Shown here piece by piece: positions 45,636-50,810 of a stretch of DNA of 50,810 bases. The stretch covers positions 1 through 50,810 of the forward strand of contig NKIB01013818.1 in NCBI GenBank assembly GCA_002256025.1, given 5' to 3'. The notes under the pieces are model-generated. The model was not told the origin of the DNA. It saw nothing but the letters and a program-made list of their open reading frames with translations, and made no database searches. Within the stretch, counting starts at the first letter, position 1. Each line of letters begins with the position of its first letter. The translations under genes and the position numbers were made by a program. Source of the stretch: Asterionella formosa. Taxonomy: Eukaryota.

Positions 45636-47107
45636 GGAACCAGTAAATATTGTCACTAAATATTCAATAGTATACATAAGCATATTATACAATTGCCAAG
45701 ACTAGCTGTATCGAGGACCAACAATTCCTTGGAAATGAGGTCAGCGGTGGATGACCTGATGACCTAATTAGCCTGGAACAAGCAGTCAACTCTATTATCA
45801 TACATCACTTAATGGTTGATTTCATAGAGTATCAGAAATAAACATGAGCTATTGACCCTGCCTTAGCACGAAACGCCTACTTTCCAGCTGTTTCTCATCC
45901 ACCTGTGCCACCACAAGTCATTTTTGATCCAACACCCATTCCCTGTGAACTGATTAATTTATGAGTTGCTGCTCCTTCAGGCCCAATTTAAATCTTTCTG
46001 AAATTTTTTTTCACAACAAAAAAGTGTATTTTGGCAATTGTTAATGAACATGCATTGACAATTTTTCACACACCTTTCCACCAACCCATTTTCTTTTTCA
46101 CTATTTATTCTTCTCCCTTTTTCATTGTTGTCATGTCTTACCTTTCATTTTCAATTTCATACTCTGGTTGCTTAAAAAATCATGTCGAATTTTTCATTTT
46201 GTTTGTTACAAGAATTCTTGCGTTGTCATTATTCATTCGCTCCATGCATTTTTGATGGCAGCGGCTGATGCATTTTGATTTCTAAACTTTCCCCATGAAA
46301 ATTCTGCTCCTGACATTGCTCAATGGCCCCTTTCCAAAGCTAGAATTGAACTGCTGAGAAATCCACTGTGCCCCTATATCGCCCCTAAATTATAAATTAC
46401 TTAGAGATAACAAAAATCAAGTAGACACCCATAGCTCTCATCAAAAAGCAAGATGATAGCCATGAAGCACACATGTTTGCTTATGGCTGCTTTGAAACAA
46501 GTCAATATAAATGGGAAGGTGCATTGTTTGCCAAATGTATCAATAATGATTTGGCTCATCATGGTCATGATGGTCAGATGCAGCTTCCCTCTGGTGCATG
46601 TGGGAGACAAAGTTGATCTGGAGATATTCACCACCATTGTTGGAGGGAATGAAGCAAGTGTAATGACATGATCGAATTTGCATCCAACCGAAAGCTAAAA
46701 AAATAACATACCAGGTCGACGATGTCTACCCTCGGCCTCATCATGATCAGGCCCACCTCCTGTGATGTTCTTGACCATCAAATTTTTTTATTCTACTCAA
46801 ATCACGGCAGATATTTGTCATGGCTGGCTGGTGCCGCCAGAAGTTATCGGAGGACGTATGTACTGGCGTACATAGGAAGAAATTTGACATCAAAAATCAA
46901 AACAATCCAAAATCAAAACAATCCCTTATCAAAATCCATTTTGTCCAGACTTCTTCATACAGACCCGAACCATAAGAAAAGTACCAGGTACTACCGGCAT
47001 GCTTACATTTTTAACATCATGTAGAAAAGCTATCAAATCATCTCAAAGCCATTGACGTTTTGCTTTGATTATTTTAGAACTTGCATCGGTCTTGTTCTGC
47101 AGGCACC

Positions 47108-49279
47108 ATGATTTCCTCCCCATCTTGCCTTCTTGCGGTACTATCGCTTGTGTGTGCGTTGTCGACAGAGGCCTTCGTCCCATCTGCAACGGCGGCTCCA
47201 AGGACAACATTTTCTTCTGGACTGGTTTCTGTTTCCATGGCTTCGACAGATACAGCCTCCACATCTGCGAGCAAGTATCCGACAGCTAGAGGATCCGAAG
47301 TGGATAGCCGCAAGATCATCGCTGGTGCCGGCGGAGAGTTTCTGACTGCGGTTCGGGTCAATCATATTTTGTTTGCTTCCAAGGACATGGCGTTGAGTAC
47401 CTTGCAAGAACTGCGATCGGCTTTTTTGAATTTTGAAGAACTGGCGACGCAGCTGTCCAATTGTGACGTGACGAGAAAGGATGGCGGGGCTGTGGGGTGG
47501 GTGGCAGTTCATGAAGGAGATTCGGGGGTCAATGAGCATCTGGATCTTATACTCCCCCGAGAGGCTCGGCTTGAAGTCATGGATTTGTCCACCAAGGTGA
47601 GCTAGGGGTTTCTTTAGCTTGATTCGATCTAGGCGTAGGAAGATGGATTGTTTCTTATTTCAGCGTTATCCCTAACCTGTCGTACTGCATAAAACAGCCT
47701 GGAGACATTAGTATGGTCGAATCGTACAGAGGAGTTCATTTGGTTCAAATTGTTGATGTTATGGTGGACGTACGCAAAATGGCCACTCGGAAAACACTGC
47801 GCGAAAAGAATGAAGATGGTTCCAAACGTACATACACTGGTATTCTCGGTGGGGCTCTTTTGTCAGATGTGAAGATGGATTTGACGTATCAAATGGAGAC
47901 TATGGGTTGCCAGATGAACTTGGCAGATAGTGAGAGAATGGAAGGGCAACTACAAGCACTTGGGATTCGACCATTGGAGGAAGGAGAAGCGAAACATCCA
48001 GACTTGGTCATTTTGAATACATGTTCGATACGTGATCATGCCGAACAAAAAGTATATTCGTACATCGGACCACACGCAAAGAGAAAACGAGATGGCGAGG
48101 ATGTGACAATCGTTGTAGCGGGCTGTGTGGCTCAACAAGAAGGCGAAGCATTGTTGCGACGGGCTCCTGAAGTCGATTTGGTCATGGGGCCTCAGTATGC
48201 CAATCGCCTTGCCGATTTGTTGGAGGATGTATCGAACGGTAATCAAGTTGTAGCGACTGAGGCTAGTCATATCATGGAGGATTCCACAAAGCCCCGCCGA
48301 GGATCCAAAGTTGCAGCGTGGGTGAACGTGATTTATGGTTGCAATGAGCGATGTACTTATTGCATTGTGCCGACGACTCGTGGGGTTGAACAGAGTCGAC
48401 CCCCAGAAATCATTGTGCAAGAAGTCGTAGAACTTGTGCGCCAAGGGTACAAAGAAGTTACTCTTTTGGGTCAAAACATAGATGCATATGGACGAGACAT
48501 GTCGCCCAAGAGGAAATTCTCGGACCTGATTCGAACCGTGGGATCGGTTCCAGGATTAGACAGATTACGGTTTGTCACTTCTCACCCTCGTTACATGAGT
48601 CTTGGTGTAGTCGATGCCGTTGCCGAAACGCCATCTGCTTGTGAGAATTTTCATGTTCCTTTTCAAGCTGGCTCCAACAAAATTTTGCAAGCCATGGGAA
48701 GAGGACATACGCGAGAAAAATATTTACAGATCATTGATCGAATCAGGGCGGTAAGTGCCTCAAAATGGAATAGTTTTTCCTCATCTCGGACCTTTGAAAT
48801 TTCGCTTCATCTCATGTTTCGAACTCTTTCGGATTCAGCGACTCCCTGATGCTTCCATCACTGCAGATGTTATTGTTGGCTTTCCTGGCGAGACTGAAGA
48901 AGATTTCCTAGAAACTTTGAGCTTGATGGAGGAGGTGGTGTTTGATTCTGTCAACACGGCTGCATATTCCCCTAGACCCAATACTCCAGCAGCTCTCTGG
49001 ACCAACCAGATTTCAGAGCAGGTCAAGCAAGACCGCCTCGATCGCATTAACGTGCTGAACCGACAGCATGCGGGTGAAAGAAGACTCAGAATGCTGGGCC
49101 GCACAGTGGAGATTCTTGTGGAAGAGCGAAATGTCAAGAAACCGACCCAAGTAATGGGACGAACCACACATGGTTATATTGTGTACTGCGACGGTGATAT
49201 CGAAGAATTGCGAGGAGCGTTAGTCAAGGTCAAAGTTGATGAATGCAAGGTGTACTATTTATCGGGAAAGAGAGTATGA
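47108..49279 (+). CDS. miaB: Plastid-targeted tRNA-2-methylthio-N6-dimethylallyladenosine synthase (MiaB) fused to an N-terminal parvulin-type PPIase domain; exons 47108-47596, 47698-48750, 48839-49279
   Basis: Presequence ending TEA|FVP. Parvulin: VRVNHIL...[12 protein letters not shown]...GGAVGW...KPGDIS.VES.RGVHL. MTTase N-domain [24 protein letters not shown]. Radical [25 protein letters not shown]-terminal TRAM-like region. Both GT-AG introns are phase 0 and keep the frame. Confidence 0.92.
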
Positions 49280-49519
49280 ACATTTTTCTTGCAAAATTAA
49301 GATGACTAAGAGTAATCAACGCATGATATACAGTTCCCCTTGTTCAATTACTGGTACTGCTAGTAGTATTTTTAGTATTATATGTGTATATGTGTACAGT
49401 ATACAGATGGATGAATGTGTCATGTGCAGCAGCAGCTTTCACTTTTTAATTCCATATTATCAATAATTACGCAATAAATGCAACCCATTTGTAGGCTGGT
49501 GTAAACAACACATCCTCTC

Positions 49520-50594
49520 TCACGGGGAAACTAGATATGAAGGCAAGTAATCTCGTTGGTCCACTTCGCTTCTCTTTGCGGCAGCAGCCGCTAGTCCCGA
49601 GAGACCACACAGAACTTCTGCAGCCATCTCATCCTCTCCCTTGCCCTTTGTACGTAGTGGAGTTACACATATGGCTGATGGTTTGTACCCTTCAGTGTCA
49701 GTTGTAGTGGCTGTTGCTGACGAAATCATTGAATCTGACCTGCAACAGTTGATCACTGAATCCTCCTTTGATTCGTTTTGTGAAGTCGTGGGCAAGAACG
49801 CAAACGTAAATCCACTTCCCAACTTCGAGTTACTACCGAGGGTAGTGCGATAAATGGTGGCATGTTTAGTGACATTCCTCTCTTTGCAGTCTCCAACTGT
49901 GAATCGAAACCTATCATCTTTTGTCGCACAAGATAAGACGAGTTTCATTGGAGCATGCGCTGTTAGATGTTTCTTTCGCATTAGCTCATCATCAATACGA
50001 ACTGCAGAATTCACGGCGATGGGTACTTTACTGGGTACGACTTTGATGGATGTAGGATCCAGCAAGGCGGCTTGTTGTGCCTTGACTAATAACGCCTCCA
50101 CTTGGCTTATATTTGCAGTGTAAGGTGCAAAAATGTCATCTCCGGCTTCAACTCGTTTCATTACTTTTTGGGCGTGACTTTTGATTTGAATAAGTGATCT
50201 GTAGAGTGCAGAGTGATGTACGATTAATTAGTCCCTGGACAAGTATCAAGCAGCATGGTAAATTGTTCACAAGTTCACCAAGGAGTCGTGATTTCCGTTC
50301 AATGTGAATCACAGCACGAATGCCTATCCAAACAACGTACCTAAATGGAAGAAACGTTCTGATCTTCTTCCAGCGTCCCTTGCCGAAGACTTTTAGTCCA
50401 TGAAGGAACAGCAGTTGTTCATCTGCAGACCATCGCCCCGAACGTTGAGAGGCACGAGGAGCCGATGAACCACGATCGCCCTCGCTGGGACCTTGTGTCC
50501 TGGTAATCGACGTGCTTTCATCGACTGAAAGGGACGCAGGGGCTAAGAGCACTTCACCGCCATTCTGGCCGGCGGATAGTGTTTTCGCATGCAT
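49520..50594 (-). CDS. SHAQKY-class single-repeat MYB transcription factor; exons 50594-50341 and 50198-49520
   Basis: GRWSADEQLLFLHGLKVFGKGRWKKI..FLPF-R|SLIQIKSHAQK after removing a GT-AG intron (50340-50199). C-terminal AAEVLCGL motif. Confidence 0.88.
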
Positions 50595-50810
50595 GGTGGG
50601 TCGGGCAGGATAAAGAAGTGGTCAGACCTGAAGATACCTTTCTAAATTTTGCAACCACAGCCAAGTCCTCGATTACGAGCAATTAATTTTCTAAAATGTT
50701 GCTCTACGCAAGTCTCGTCTAGTATGTGGGATATTGAAACACATGAATAAATTTCGAAGTTTTGTATTTTCAGCGAAGATCAAATATTATGTGTGGGTGA
50801 AAAAGTTTAC

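Noticed and set aside
15042..49279. Functional cluster of gene-expression genes (RPA49, eIF2B-alpha, mS35, MOT1, DBP3, VPS72, MiaB, MYBs)
   Set aside because: These act in different compartments and pathways, and such housekeeping categories are common. There is no evidence of co-regulation from the sequence.
1..50810. tRNA, rRNA or snRNA genes
   Set aside because: None recognised by eye; tRNAscan-SE and Infernal would be needed to exclude them.

Overview
Eukaryotic nuclear DNA, most likely from a diatom (inferred from compact genes, short GT-AG introns with CTAAC-type branch points, and signal-peptide + 'AF' plastid-targeting presequences). The window has two parts. Bases 1-12.7 kb are an AT-rich transposon graveyard: tandem repeats, a frameshifted Plavaka-type (CACTA-related) transposase, a Ty1/copia RNase H + PPT + probable 3' LTR remnant, and a Stowaway/mariner-like non-autonomous element. 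Bases 12.9-50.8 kb are gene-dense, with about 15 genes: TauE/SafE exporter, RPA49, a large RGG-rich protein, eIF2B-alpha, a four-repeat MYB, mitoribosomal mS35, MOT1/BTAF1, DBP3, VPS72/YL1, a plastid FtsZ-C-domain-only protein, a parvulin-MiaB fusion, a SHAQKY MYB and several hypotheticals. The most unusual signal is a family of palindromic GTAC/CCWGG/ACCGGT micro-repeat clusters concentrated in gene 5' flanks. One such unit appears to have been inserted into an older transposon terminus. Two copies of a 90-bp hairpin MITE also lie in divergent promoters. All protein calls rest on motif recognition by eye; no database searches were run.
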